A DNA stretch of 64,000 nucleotides from Atractiella rhizophila. Lineage: Eukaryota. Shown here piece by piece: positions 39,573-52,202 of the stretch. Numbering within the stretch: position 1 is the stretch's first letter; each line of letters starts with the position of its first letter. The stretch spans positions 62,001-126,000 of the forward strand of contig MU271226.1 of assembly GCA_021432655.1 (NCBI GenBank), written 5' to 3'. Under the pieces are notes generated by a model. It searched no databases and was not told where the DNA came from. It was given only the letters and a program-made list of their open reading frames with translations. The position numbers and the translations under genes were made by a program.

Positions 39573-41135
39573 ATGGTCACTAAAGTAGCTCGTGCTCGCG
39601 CTGCACTGGTAAAAGCTTTGGCAAACTGGTTTCAGGAGTTTCTCCTGGAAGTCGTCTATGACGGCAGTGATGAGGACAATAAACTCTTTGAGTATATGCA
39701 ACGCACCTGGGATGAACTGACCAACGTGCTGAGGATGCAATTATGGGCTACTGGAGAGTGCGTTTGATTTGTACATGCCTCCCGCGCCACCTACTAATCC
39801 GCTGGCATTGACATTGACATTGATTGTGTCGTCCCACAGAATAGCAGATTTTATTCTCGAGAATAATCCTTGTTTTCAACCTGGCGCTATCTTAAAAGTA
39901 GCTGGTGTTGACCGATCGCTTCGCAACCTTTGCCAATTCAACCATCCAACCCCGAACCAGCTCAACATTCTGCCATACGAGGTCCTACTCGAGGTATTCA
40001 CCATATGCCGATTCATTGAAGGATGCACACACGCTAACACCACACGACTTGTCTACTTATGTCGTGGTACATACCCAGTTGTAAGTAAGATCAAGTTCAA
40101 CCAGGTCAACTGCTCGCTACAATAACTCCTTAGGTGCACGAAGTCCTAAATCGCTATCCGCCTGCTGTAACCCAGAGGTCAACATTCCCACGATACCTTA
40201 TAGCAATCCGACACAATTTCTTGCAGCCAGGGATGGTGCAGTTTCTTGACTTAACCCTGTCGTCCGAGGACTTCTCAGTGTGCACAATATTACTTTTACA
40301 GTGCTGTAGGCAGTTGAAGGAGCTTCGATGGAACGTACATGGCGAGAGCGCCATATCGTTTAGATCTTTTTGGGAGGAACTTGCCAGTTTATCGCTTCTA
40401 AAGCGATTCCATATTTGGGGGTGGAGAATTGACAATCCTGATCGTTTGCTCCTCCATCCGCTCTCGAGCTCGAATTCGATCAACGATTTCACTGTCGGCT
40501 TCCACTCTTCAGATCCAGGTATATACGTTGGACGGTGGCAAGACCAGCTTCCAGAGCTTCCTCCAGCTGTAGGAGACGCTTTCTCAAGACTCCTACGCCT
40601 GCGCGTTGAAGGAGATCTCATGCGACCCCTGGCCATGCTTTTTCGTCAATTGCAGGACCGTCAAACAGACCTCAAACTACAGTTGCAAACTCTCGATCTA
40701 GGCTTTGTACGCCCGTTGAAAACTGAAGATCAGGAAACAATTTTCAGAATGATCCTGTCCGCTTCTCATTCCTTGCGCACTCTTCGAATAGTTGGACGTC
40801 GCAGATGCAGAGAAGGATTCTATGGAGCGTTGGTCAAATGTGAACATCTCACACGCTTCACGACAGACCTACTCCTTCGGACAGCAGCGCTTCCCTCTTC
40901 TCTGAGAATATTCGAATGGGAAATCGCAGGTTCGACTGTTGGAAAGAAATTGCCGCTGGAGATAGTCGATGGGCTCCGTCTAACGTCTGGCATGATCCTG
41001 AACAGCAATGTCAAAGCGTTCCATGTTATCTTGGAGGACCCAGACCTTGAAGACCTAAAGTTTGAACTTCTGTCGAGTGATTGGAGAAAGGATGGGGTCG
41101 AATACATTGCAAAACTGTCATCAGCCCTTCGGTGA
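39573..41135 (+). CDS. F-box-like / LRR-like protein with N-terminal helical domain (paralog B)
   Basis: Introns 39758-39839 and 40081-40133. F-box-like LNILPYEVLLEVFT, and a long exon with LKELRW, LKRFHI, LQTLDL, LRTLRI. Confidence 0.7.
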
Positions 41136-42516
41136 GCCTATACCCATACCCTTCATCATCCGTTTTAATTTGATTGACTTTACAGAGGGAAACATCCTCA
41201 TGTCATACACGCCAGAGTATTGTGAGGATGTGGCGTACTCCGGGCCGATTGTTGAGCTAATCGATCTTTACCTGCTATTGTCAGTCCGGCGAATCAGCCA
41301 AACGAATTCAGGTCGCGACTCTCCTACTACAATTATATTTTATTATTTCTCTATTTGTTTTACCTGGACTTGGATTTTTTCAATTGAATGCATGGTGATT
41401 GGAATTTGGGTTGTGATATTTGTTTCAATTGTTCCCCTTCCCAAAAAAATGCCAATAATGCATGAAATTGTAGCTTAATCCTATACATTGTGTGTTTACT
41501 TTGCTTCTTCTTTGTTGGGTGAGGAAGGGTTAGCATTCGTATCATTTCCTGTACGCAGTGAAACAATCTTGTTCCGTTTGAAGTTCTGTGTAGCGCGGTA
41601 AATAATATCACAGTCTGGAACCGATTTTATCTGAAAATGAGCACGGTGCACTTCAGCACGCACGACAGAATGTGATTATTTTGCATGACCATGCCCGCGA
41701 GCAGCTCTACGTCAAATTCAGTGGTTACAGGCTTCAGCGCTTCAGCGATCATTGCTTGCCCGTTCTCACTTTTGATCCGCAGTCCATATTTCCATATTTG
41801 CGTTGTTCACTCCTTCACTCCTTATCAGACAGTGACTGTGTCCATTGTGCAAGGACCGAGAACTAGACAACAGAGCGATCCAATCAGAGTAAAAAGAGTA
41901 TACTATATCTCTCCGCGCTGGGAAAGGCCGCGCTGGAAGAATCGTGGTAGTTAAGATAGATGGAGAATGACGAAAATTGAGATAATCATGATCTTCAACT
42001 GTGTAGCAGTTCTACATTCTGTCCATCTTGCAAAGCACCACGGCTAGGCTAGGCTTTCTCGTGAGAGGAGGTTTGCTTGCTTCCGGTATGAGCAGCAAGA
42101 CGTAGCGCCAGCGGAAACACAAGCCAGATTGCATCACTGACATCGCTCATATTCGCACATTCCGTCAGGATGTATCACTGGAATTGGCATTGGGCGCCGT
42201 ATAATTCAACACTCAATGGATGGATAAGATGGCAAGGTGTTTGAAAAGCTGGTGTTGATGATTTGAACGTGAATTCCATCCCAAATGTTACAACCCGCCT
42301 TTATCTCGTTTAACTCATAGCAACATGGTTAACCAAATCTCCAACCCATGACATCGACATCCACTATCCATTTCATTCCGCCTGAAATCGTCACTCCGTC
42401 GTTTCTCACGGCAGCCGGCGACGGAAGCAAACTAGGCGCATCATAGCCAACAACCAACAAAACCAACCGACGACCTCCCACCTCCCTCACTCAACCTGCA
42501 CTTCCAAGCGAGCGCC

Positions 42517-45417
42517 ATGGCTCCCTCGACGAGTGCCACGCCCGACTCGCGCCTGCTAAACAACCTGCTGAAGGTCGAAAAGGACGCCGCTCAGTCGTAC
42601 GTTCCACTCCCGTCCCTTTAGCTCATCCCGGGTCATGTTACGCTGACGCTGTATTGATGGTTGTGCTGTGGTTTTGGTGTTTTTGTTTTTGTGTGCTGGC
42701 GGGATGAAAGGTTCAAGACGTGGACGAAGGATGCGGCGGCTGCTGCTAATGCTCTTTCGGCATGGGCGTTGGCGGATTCGAACGTTGGAGGAGCGGAAGG
42801 AGGAGCGGAGGAGGGAGGGATGATGGTTCGTTTTTCATCCCCTATTTGTCAAAGAAATGTCTCAAATGGATTGCTGTGATGGGTAAGGATATAAGTCTTC
42901 GTATATCCCAACTGCTCGCTTCCTGCTCAGACTCCCAACTCGCATACCTCGACACGCTCTCCGCCTACCGCCTCTCCCTCTCCGACGTCCTCGCTCGAGA
43001 ATCGACGATCCGGACGATCCAGCGGGACAAAGACATACTCATCAACCGACTCATCAAACTATCCAACAAAAAGCCGTCCTCCACCTCCGAACGGGAGCGT
43101 TCCACGCACTACGAGAAGCTTTCGGAGGCTCAGCGGGAGTTGGCTGCCTGTGAGAGGACGTTGAAGGAGGAACAGAGGGCGCTGGGAGGTGTGAAGAGGA
43201 GGATATTTAGAGAGGCGTTGAGTATGAGGATGAGGGGGCTGGATGGACTGGGCGAGACGATGAAGGAGTGTGCGGCGAAGAGTTTGGCGTTGTTGGATCA
43301 GTTGAGGGATGACCATGCACCCATGGAGGAAGGTGAGCCTTTTTCTCTCTCTGTTGTGTTGCGGACGAAAGGAAAGGACTATGGTCGCATGCCATTTAGA
43401 ATGTGTCAGAGATGCCAACGCACAAGAGCTCGGGGGTTCCCCGACAGAGCCGCGAAAGGGTGGCAAGCTCACCAAGTGCCTGCTGCCACAGCCAAAGTTC
43501 TACCAGATGAAACATGACCGTTTTCCTTTGCATGCAATAACAAGTGGGATTGAGCTAATCCCCGGTCTCGTTACAGATGCCACAGCTCGGATATTCCCCT
43601 CTCTCCCCATCATTCCTCCAAAAGACGTCGACGCAGAATCCATCTCCTCCCTCCAACCCTCCAACTCGGCCTCCCAACAACCCGTCCAGCCTTCTCCTCG
43701 TCAATCCATCTCCGAAGGCTCCTCCTCCTCCTCCGAAGAGGGTCTCCCGGCCGACTTAGTGGTGAACGCGGACACGGCCAAGATTCAACCTGCCCCTTCT
43801 GCTGCGAAGAAGGAGAAGAAGAATCGCAACGCCCAGCTCACCGTACACGTTAACCCTCCACGGGTACAAATGGCCGATGCAGAGGGAAGCTCCACTCCTA
43901 CCTCTAAACGTGGCACCATACGGGCGAGGAAGACGTCGACTTCGTCCCCTAGGGCGGTGGTTGGGAATGGAGCGCTTCCGCGGAGCGAAAGATTGCATGA
44001 TGCGGCTCATCCTCGTTTGTTGCGCCGACAGAACTCGGATCATTCGTCTGTGAGGGATACCGGATCTCCGAGTCGGAAGAGTTTCTTGGGAGGGTTGATG
44101 GGAGTGTTTAAGCGGAAGGAGAGGGAGGAGAAGGAGGAGTCGGCGGTGGATCGGAGGGGACATTTTAAGGAGGCAAAGTGGGAGACGAGGACTGATAAGC
44201 ATTTGAAAAGCTTTAGGAAGGGTGCGAGAGATGAGAGTAGCAGTGAGGAGGAGGAGGTGAAGCGTCTTACTGTGGTCAAGAATCGGAATCCTGGTTGGAG
44301 GGGAAGAGACGCGATGAGCGATGTTGGTGCACCTTCATCGGCGGCGCAGATCGTGGGAACTACTAATGGGACTGCTGGTGGAGGGAGACTAAAGAAGAAA
44401 GTCAAGAAGGCGTCTTCTGACATTGGCGTCTCTACAAATACACCAGCACAAGCTTCCACCTCTCTTGTCCCCGAGTCGTTACCGTCAAGGAAAAGGAAAG
44501 ACAGCACGCCAACAGTCACCCCCGCATCTCGAACACGCATATCCTCAACCACCGAACCCGCCTCTCTCTCTCGCGCTCCCATCCTCGGAACGCTCACCCC
44601 GATCGCTCCTCCCCCTCCGATGCCAACAAAGAAGTCGAATTTGGCGCGGATGGATTCCACGTCTACAAACGCGACGGGAACCGGGACGGGGACGACGAGG
44701 AAGAAGAAGAAAGTGAGCCCAGTCTCGGAAGTGTTCGCGAATGGAGGATACGACGAGGCGCGCTTTTCCACAGGCAGTTGGGTCGTCAAGCCCCCCGCTG
44801 GACTGCCCAGTGAAGATTCGCGGAACTTGATGAGCATCGTCGAAACTCCTCCGGAAAAAGAGGACGATAGGAAACCGTCGAGACGGTATTCTCAGCCAAT
44901 TGAACCCGCTGTTCCTGTACCTGTCGCCCAAGGTGTGAATGGGAATGGAGGGGATGTCGAGCCGAAGAATGGTGGACTACAACCTGGTCCGAGAGAGAAG
45001 GAACAGGGCTCATCTGTTACCAGCGGAAGCTCGTTGAGGCGACCAAAGAGTGTGAGAATGGCGGATGGAACGAAGTTGGACGAGCCTGCGCCGACTGGTT
45101 CGCCTTCGAAACGTAACACCCTTGCGTCTCTCCACCAACCGTTGCACCATGCTTCCCTCCCTGCTCCCCACTCCATACTCCGCCAACCGTCCCCATCACC
45201 AACCAGAGAGAGACCAGAACCTACGGCGTGGAATACACGAACGGGGAGGGCGGATGATAGCAGTAGTGATGATGAGGAGGAGTATAAGCGAGCCCGGAGG
45301 CAATTCGGGAAAGTCTCAAGAGCTCTCAGTACTGCAGGGAGGATAGAGCTCGACCAGGAGCCGGTTTCCAGCTCGAAAAAGAAGGGACTTAATAAGTCGA
45401 AAAGCACGAGACGATAA
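42517..45417 (+). CDS. Pil1/Lsp1-like BAR-domain protein with a long disordered Ser/Pro/Lys-rich tail
   Basis: DSRLLNNLLKVEK, ALSAWA, YRLSLSDVLARE..IRTIQRDKDILINRLIK, KLSEAQRELAACE..L..E...L..VKR, then a ~600-aa low-complexity exon. Confidence 0.7.
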
Positions 45418-45718
45418 TACCAAGTGAATTCCAATTGAATTGGATAACCAACTAACTAATCCAAAAAAAGGAAAAATGAAGGAAACATAATCCTTCGTGC
45501 GCTGATTCTGTATAAAGATTTAACGACCATTCTTGTTCATGACTTTCTTGACCATTTGACCAATGGTTGTTGTGCTTTCATCCTTTGATATACTTTCGTT
45601 CAGAGGGAGAACTTGAATTCTTTCGATGATATTCACATATACCACAACTACACTCGTTATCAATTCATCTTCTTTTGGTCAATAACTACTTGGAACGGAA
45701 CTATGGCATCAAACACAA

Positions 45719-47992
45719 TTAAAGACGACTCTCGACCTTGACGTAGATTGACTTGGTCTTTTCACAACGTCAGTGCATCACCATGGAAAAGAGAGCAGAA
45801 CACACCTCCATCCAAGCATCGAGTGCATCAGGACCTCCAACGCGTCCGCTGCCGGATTGTTTCCATCCTATCACAGAACAAACTGAGCTGGAGGCCTTCT
45901 TGTCGAGAAGGGGACACGCTCACCACCGAACGGGAGATCTGGAGCACCACTTGGTGACGTGCAGTTGACACCAACTTGCCCTGCTTCAAGCTGTTGCGCG
46001 ATACGGAGAGCGCGATCGATGTTCTTCGTAAAGACGGCAGCGTAAAGGCCGTCTACGATAAGAGGTGTTTGTGAGAAAGTAACATTCTGAAGCATAGAAG
46101 GAGACGCACATTCTGTATCGTTTGCTCGTCTCACCACCTCTTCTTCATCTGTAAAACGGTGAACGACGACAACCGGCCCAAATACCTCCTCTATATCAGG
46201 CATAAGGAGTTGTATCCTGACCGCTATGAAGAAGGACGTACCCCGGTTAATCCTTGCATCGTCCGAAACATTGGTGAAAATGCTTGGAGGGATGAAAAAT
46301 CCCTAGAAACCAATCAGCACACAGCATAAGAGTGCCTACCGAAACCGCGAACACACCTTTTGATTTTCCAGTAGGCTCCCACCAAGCTCAACGGTGCCTT
46401 CCTCCTTCCCAATCTCAAGATATCCCGCCACTTGCTCGTATTGGAACCTGTCGATCAGGGGTCCAATTCCTGCTTTGGGATCTCCACCTGCGCCTACAGC
46501 AACGCCAAATGCTGGCTTGAAGTGGGAAAGAAATTGATCGTAGACCTAGTCGGTCCAGTAATGTCTCAGGGTCAGTTTGAAATGAAGAGTAGCCTTCCCT
46601 CACTTTGTCATGAACAAATATACGACTGTTCATTATGCAAGCCTGGCCGTTGTCTACAGCGGTTTGAGCATGCGAATGCTTAGGGAAAGAAAGATGAAAG
46701 TTACTCAGTTGAAGAGATCGCGCTGCTCCCTCTGCTGCTTGGGCGATGTCAGCATCGTCGAACACGATGCAAGGGCTATCAAGGGGCCATCACATAAGCA
46801 TTAATGCGACAAATCAGCAACATACGTTTTTCCTCCCTGTCACAAGACGTCAATGGAACCCTGCTGTATATTCGATGTAAACTCACAAGTTCGAGAGTGA
46901 ATTTCTTCAAATTTGAAGAAGCACATGCAGCTGCAATCTTCTTCCCCGTTCGCATTGAACCAACAAAACAGAGTTTTCGAATCTATAACAAAACTAGGTA
47001 AGACTGCACAGAACTATAAAAACACGAGAAAACATGCCTCCATATTGCTCGAAAGCAAGGCTCCAACTTCACCGTCACCCGATAGCGTTTGGACAACTCC
47101 AGCGGGAACTCCGGCTTCATGAAGAAGGCCATTGAGGAGCACACACTTATCAAAACCGTTAATGCCTTGAATGGGTTCGATAAATGGAATCATACTGAAA
47201 GAGGAGCTGTGGACGGCATCAGACTGGGATGAATGAGAAAAGAAGTAATACAAACCTTTTTCTGATGATTTAACTATGATGCTGTTGCCTGCTAAGATTG
47301 CACTGTTTGAAAAAGTGAGGAATGGAAGTAGAAATATAGGATTTTCGCTTACGAGACGACGTGCTGCACCCAGAACTGCAAGAAACTCAGGCCAGGAACG
47401 GATCCGTGTAATTGTTGAACACTTACGATGGTGGGAGACTATTCCCGTTCGGTGAGAAACAGCTCAGTGAAGGAAGACAGACTACCTACGTTGAATGGAA
47501 GAATGGAGCAGACGACTCCGTAGGGCTGCTTGATTGTGTAGTTCAAAAATCCGGCAGTGTTTAAAGAAGAATGTCCTCCAACGGTACCCGCAACACCACA
47601 GATGTAGCGAATGAGCATGGGGAGATAGACTGTCTCGAAGTACCCCATGTTTGCCGATTTTCCTTGCAAGAATCCCAGCTAATGCATTTTTAGTCTTGAG
47701 TTGGCAACGAAAGGTTTGGACGAACCTGCGAAATTTTATCTATGTTCTGCTTTACAATTTCCATAAACTTGAAGCAGAAATCGATCCTCTGTCCCATCCC
47801 CAAGGCGGCCCAAGCAGGTTGGGCTGCTTTTGCTGCTGCCACTGCTTCCTCGACCTCTTCAGCACCTGCAGCATGGACATCTGCCACCACTTCTTCTGTG
47901 GAGGGATTGACAAAAGGGAAGCTTTTCCCAGACTTCGAAGGCTTGTAGGAGCCGTTGATGAAGAGCCGAGTTTCGTATGAGCTCGTGGACAT
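45719..47992 (-). CDS. Aldehyde dehydrogenase (ALDH1/2-like) with C-terminal SRL (PTS1)
   Basis: RLFING, PYGVVCSILPFN, KSSEK, FVGSMRTG, LELGGK, NGQACIMNSR (catalytic Cys), EEVFGPV, PFGGWKQSG, TKSIYVKVESRL*. Confidence 0.93.
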
Positions 47993-48072
47993 TTTTTGAG
48001 TTGAATTGTTTCTCGACCGTAGAACGTGTTGGAAGGTGTGATGGGACTGAGCTGATCCCATGCCATCCTCCT

Positions 48073-48079
48073 TTTTATA
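48073..48079 (-). promoter_or_regulatory. Putative TATA box of the minus-strand ALDH
   Basis: TATAAAA about 80 nt upstream of the ATG. Confidence 0.45.
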
Positions 48080-50171
48080 TTGACGTGGTGGAGACGCGCA
48101 AGGTGGATCATCCTGCTGATTGGTCTCCACCGTCTCAGGCTCCTCTCATCTCATTGCCTCTCACCTCCATCAATCGGCGGCAAAGGAAACGCTACCTCGG
48201 TTCACGTAAATAGTACCACAAGACTTGATCGCGGTTTGCGCTTGTACGGCGCGGCGCGACCAGTTGGGCCGCTCGCCCGAGCAAACCCTTGTTATGTAAG
48301 GGAAAGGCTAGCCAGATTGCTGCAGTCGTACAGTATTGTATTATCATGCGGCATTTACTCAGATGCCTAGATGACCTAGAGTCAAGTTGGAACCATGAAC
48401 GTCACATCGCTCCCCGATTGCTTGTGTCCCTTCGTCTGCACTTCGTTTCTGTGGCATGTAGGCTACACGAGGCTGCTGCACTTGTGCTGTTTTCGGAGTG
48501 TCCTCTCAACTGAGTAAGCTGGCTCCACCCTTCGAGGCTCCACTTCAAAGCAGGGGGTGACTCATCGGGCTGTTGGGACTCCTGAGGTTCGTAACTAACA
48601 ACATCGTGAGTAGGGAAGTGGATACATTATTTTGTGAGCTCCCTCGGCGATCCAGCCTGTCACTGCGATCGAACTTGAGCTACTGGAATGCTGGAAGGAC
48701 GCGGAACACAAGATTGAGGATATTGTGGGCTGTCTGGTCCGGGGTGAAGATTGAATACTGAATATTTGAATCACGACTCGAGCAGAAGAACTGAACTCGA
48801 AGGTCGTCCTGCACCTTCTACTCCGCTTCACGCATGAGCGATGTGACTGGCGAGGACAACTGGCGACGACGGCATCCCACTAGAGGTGCACGCAGAAGCG
48901 TCTCTTTGAAGCTTCCTCACACGGATTAGGCTCCCATAAGCTCAGGAGGCAGGAAATGTCTTGTATTCGAACTTGTCCTCGTTGAAATCACCGGATGTGA
49001 AGTCGAATTTGAAAGAGAGGACAGTCGGCAGGTGGGACGAGAAAGTGAGGAGAATGAAAGTTGGATAACGGTCCATGGAGGGGGAATGACGATCGGAGCG
49101 AATGCTATTTTGTCTTTCATGTCGCTTTAGGCACCTGGCTCCATCAAACCTCTCTGGAACTGCCTTCTGAAGATTGTAGTTTCCAAGGCATTCTGCGCGT
49201 CAACTATCAAATTAAATGACGAACATTTGAAATGGGCACAGAAGAACAATGACAAACATAAACACAGTCTTTTGTACAAATGAAGGAGTTCTGGCCGTAA
49301 GATGGGGGCATTATATTGCCACATTCCTTGATATACAGCACGCATACTGATCCAGGGCTCTCCACCTCAGGCCAACTTGGCCAGTGAGATGGTCTGGAAA
49401 ACTTATCAATGCAACTTGCCAACTTCAGGACCTCATCCTTCAAAAGTACAGGCCGCTCAGATCCTAATCTCAAAGTTTCCAGCGTCTAGGTGTCTCAGAA
49501 ATACATTCTCCTTTGAGCTCGACTGTAAATTCATACCCAATCCGAGTCAATAAGCTGGAGATTGCTCGCTGATTTGTCCTCTGAACATCGAGGTAAACAA
49601 ACTGTGAGCCTTTGAGAAATAAATTATTGCGCTGCAAAATCTTTGCCATATCCCTGTTCAGTACTCGAATGTTCAGGTTCAGATGCGGCAGGACAAGACT
49701 GGTTTCTGTGTACCACAAGAGAAGTGCTGTCTAAACGGGCTGCAAAACCCGCCCTTTCCCACTTCTATGGAAGGATTGTTACGGAGTGGCGCTACCATTT
49801 CTCATTCCATGGCCAACGGTTGAACAAGAACGAAGAGACAGACCGAAACCGTCAACGTTTGTAAGTTACCACATATTCCCTATTTTTGCTCATGATTGCA
49901 AGAGTACGGACAGCCCAACAAGTTCGCCAGGTATCAGCATCTGTATTTTAAAAGCTGGATATCGCTTGCCAATCTGTATTTCAGCGGTCGGAATTGGACG
50001 GGTTTGCATAATGCGCTTCCGTTAACAAAATCAATACTCTGCGCTGCGATCTCACATTGATCTGCATTCATCGAATATTCATCGTTATCGGGTCTGTTTT
50101 CTCGACGCAAAATGTCTGCTGTTAAAGAGCAGGTCACTGTGTGTTCTACTTCCTTTGCCATCGGCTTGGAT

Positions 50172-52202
50172 ATGACCAAACCTACGCGACTTATAGATCT
50201 CGCCAGTCAGCCAACAACCAGTGTTTAAGATCCCCTACACTTCTGCCACCGAAATTGAAAGCGTCATCAAGCGGTCCATAGCGGCTCAGAAGAAATGGGT
50301 ACGTTATTTGCTAACGGATTAAACAGTCTGATAAGTCTTTACACTTGCATGCAGCGCAAGGTTCCACTCGAAGAGAGGATCAAGCTGGCAAATAGGATCG
50401 TAGATCAAGTTGAGAAGGATAAAGAAGAGATTGCGAAGGAGATTACTGAGCAAATGGGAAGGTAAATTCTCTCCTTTCCTTTGGTATGAGAATCAGTTCC
50501 TTCAAGTTCATTCAATCTTCCATGTTACAAGCTTCTCAGAAAAGTCTCTAGCTGATTGGCTTAGTTCATGGCTTCATATCAGCTTTATCAAGGCTCATTG
50601 TAATAAAAGGCCCTCATCGAGAGAACCGGGTTTTAGATTGAATAACATATTCGCCTAAGGACACTGTCCTTTCGCCAGTATTTCCCTCACACCTCTACAC
50701 ATTATTATTTCGGCATTGCTTGTGGAACTGAAATTACCTCTCTTCATAGACCCATCCGATATACTGCTGGAGAAGTGAATGGCTTCCTCCAGCGTGCACG
50801 ACACCTCATATCCATTGCACCACGCTGCCTCGCAGACGTCGACCTCAAGGAGACAGACACCCCAGGGTTCACGCGATGGATTCGGAAGGAGCCCATCGGA
50901 GTAGTTCTCATCATCGGCGCCTGGAACTACCCATACTTGATCCTCGTCAACTCTCTCATCCCTTCCCTACTCTCTGGGAATTCCGTAATCCTCAAACCGT
51001 CTCCGCAAACCCCTTCATCCTCCCTTCGTTTTTCATCCATGGATTTTATCCCAAAAGATCTTGTGCAGACTGTCATCGTCGGGGTGGAGGAGATGACGGA
51101 CCTCGTGGCGGATCCCCGGTTGGACTTTGTACAGTTCACTGGGAGCGTGGAGAAAGGGAAAATGGTGGAAAGGGCAGCAAATTCAAAGGATGGAGTGGGG
51201 TTGAAAGGCGTAGGCCTAGAATTGGGAGGAAAAGATGCAGCTTACGTTAGGGAAGGTTCGGCCATCTTTTTCAATAAATGATGAGGGATTCTCTCTGATG
51301 TTTGATGTCCACAGATGCTGACGTAAAATATGCAGCTGCAGAGGTGGCTGACGGTGCATTCTTCAATTCCGGACAAAGTTGTTGCGGCATTGAACGAGTA
51401 TATGTGCACGAGAAGGTGTATGATGAGTTTGTAAAGGAGATCACAGAGGTGACAAAGGTATGTCCTAACTTCGGCTGTCACAGTCACTCCTTCTTACACC
51501 AACGAACGGAATGATAGGGGTACAAGCTTGGTGACCCGTCTGATCCAGAAACAACGCTCGGACCAGTGGTCTCTTTGGCTTTTGCCATCAATATTAGACA
51601 GCACATTTCCGATGCTGGTATATACATCTCCCTCCCTTAGGGTCGTACTCATGCATGTGACACGATGCAGTTTCTAAGGGTGGAAAACAGCTAATTCCCA
51701 AAGATCTCTTTCCTCTCGCTTCTCCGGAATCAACATATGTAGCCCCTGAAATCCTGGTGAATGTGGACCACACGATGAAATTGATGTCGGAAGAGACTTT
51801 GTTAGTCCCCTTGCCATCTCCACCATAGATGCTGACCTCGTACTCCAAATAACGCAGCGGTCCAGTCATCGGCATCATGAAGGTGAAATCTGATGAAGAA
51901 GCGATCGAGTTGATCAACGATTCGCGTTATGGCCTGACAGCAAGTGTATGGACTAAAGATGAAGCGAAGTTCGAAGAGATTGTGCCTGAACTGGAGGTTG
52001 GAACGGTGTTTATGAACCGGTAAATCTCCTCAGTTCCCGACCGACGTGACCATGTTGATGGTTTTGTTGGGTTAGAGCTGATAATCTCGACCCCGCCCTT
52101 TGTTGGACTGGTGTCAAGGATAGCGGAAGAGGAGTCAGTTTGAGCCAGTTTGGATATGACCAATTAACTCGATTCAAGAGCGTGAACAAGAAAGTTGTTT
52201 GA
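50172..52202 (+). CDS. Aldehyde dehydrogenase, a different subfamily (WNYPYL / QMGRPI type)
   Basis: EQMGRPIRY, EPIGVVLIIGAWNYPYL, LKPSPQTP, FTGSV..G, LELGGKD, FNSGQSCCGIERVYV, EETFGPV, WTGVKDSGRG. One intron (50462-50749) is 288 nt. Confidence 0.93.

Noticed and set aside
41340..41520. T-rich hydrophobic ORF tail of 41062-41478
   Set aside because: Lies in the AT-rich 3' region of the F-box-like gene with homopolymer-biased composition; no coding evidence.
43756..45434. Long minus-strand ORFs (up to 265 aa)
   Set aside because: Antisense to the low-complexity exon of the Pil1-like gene, with no independent motifs.
48900..49800. Minus-strand ORF fragments between the two ALDHs
   Set aside because: I could not build a stop-free spliced model or recognise a domain.
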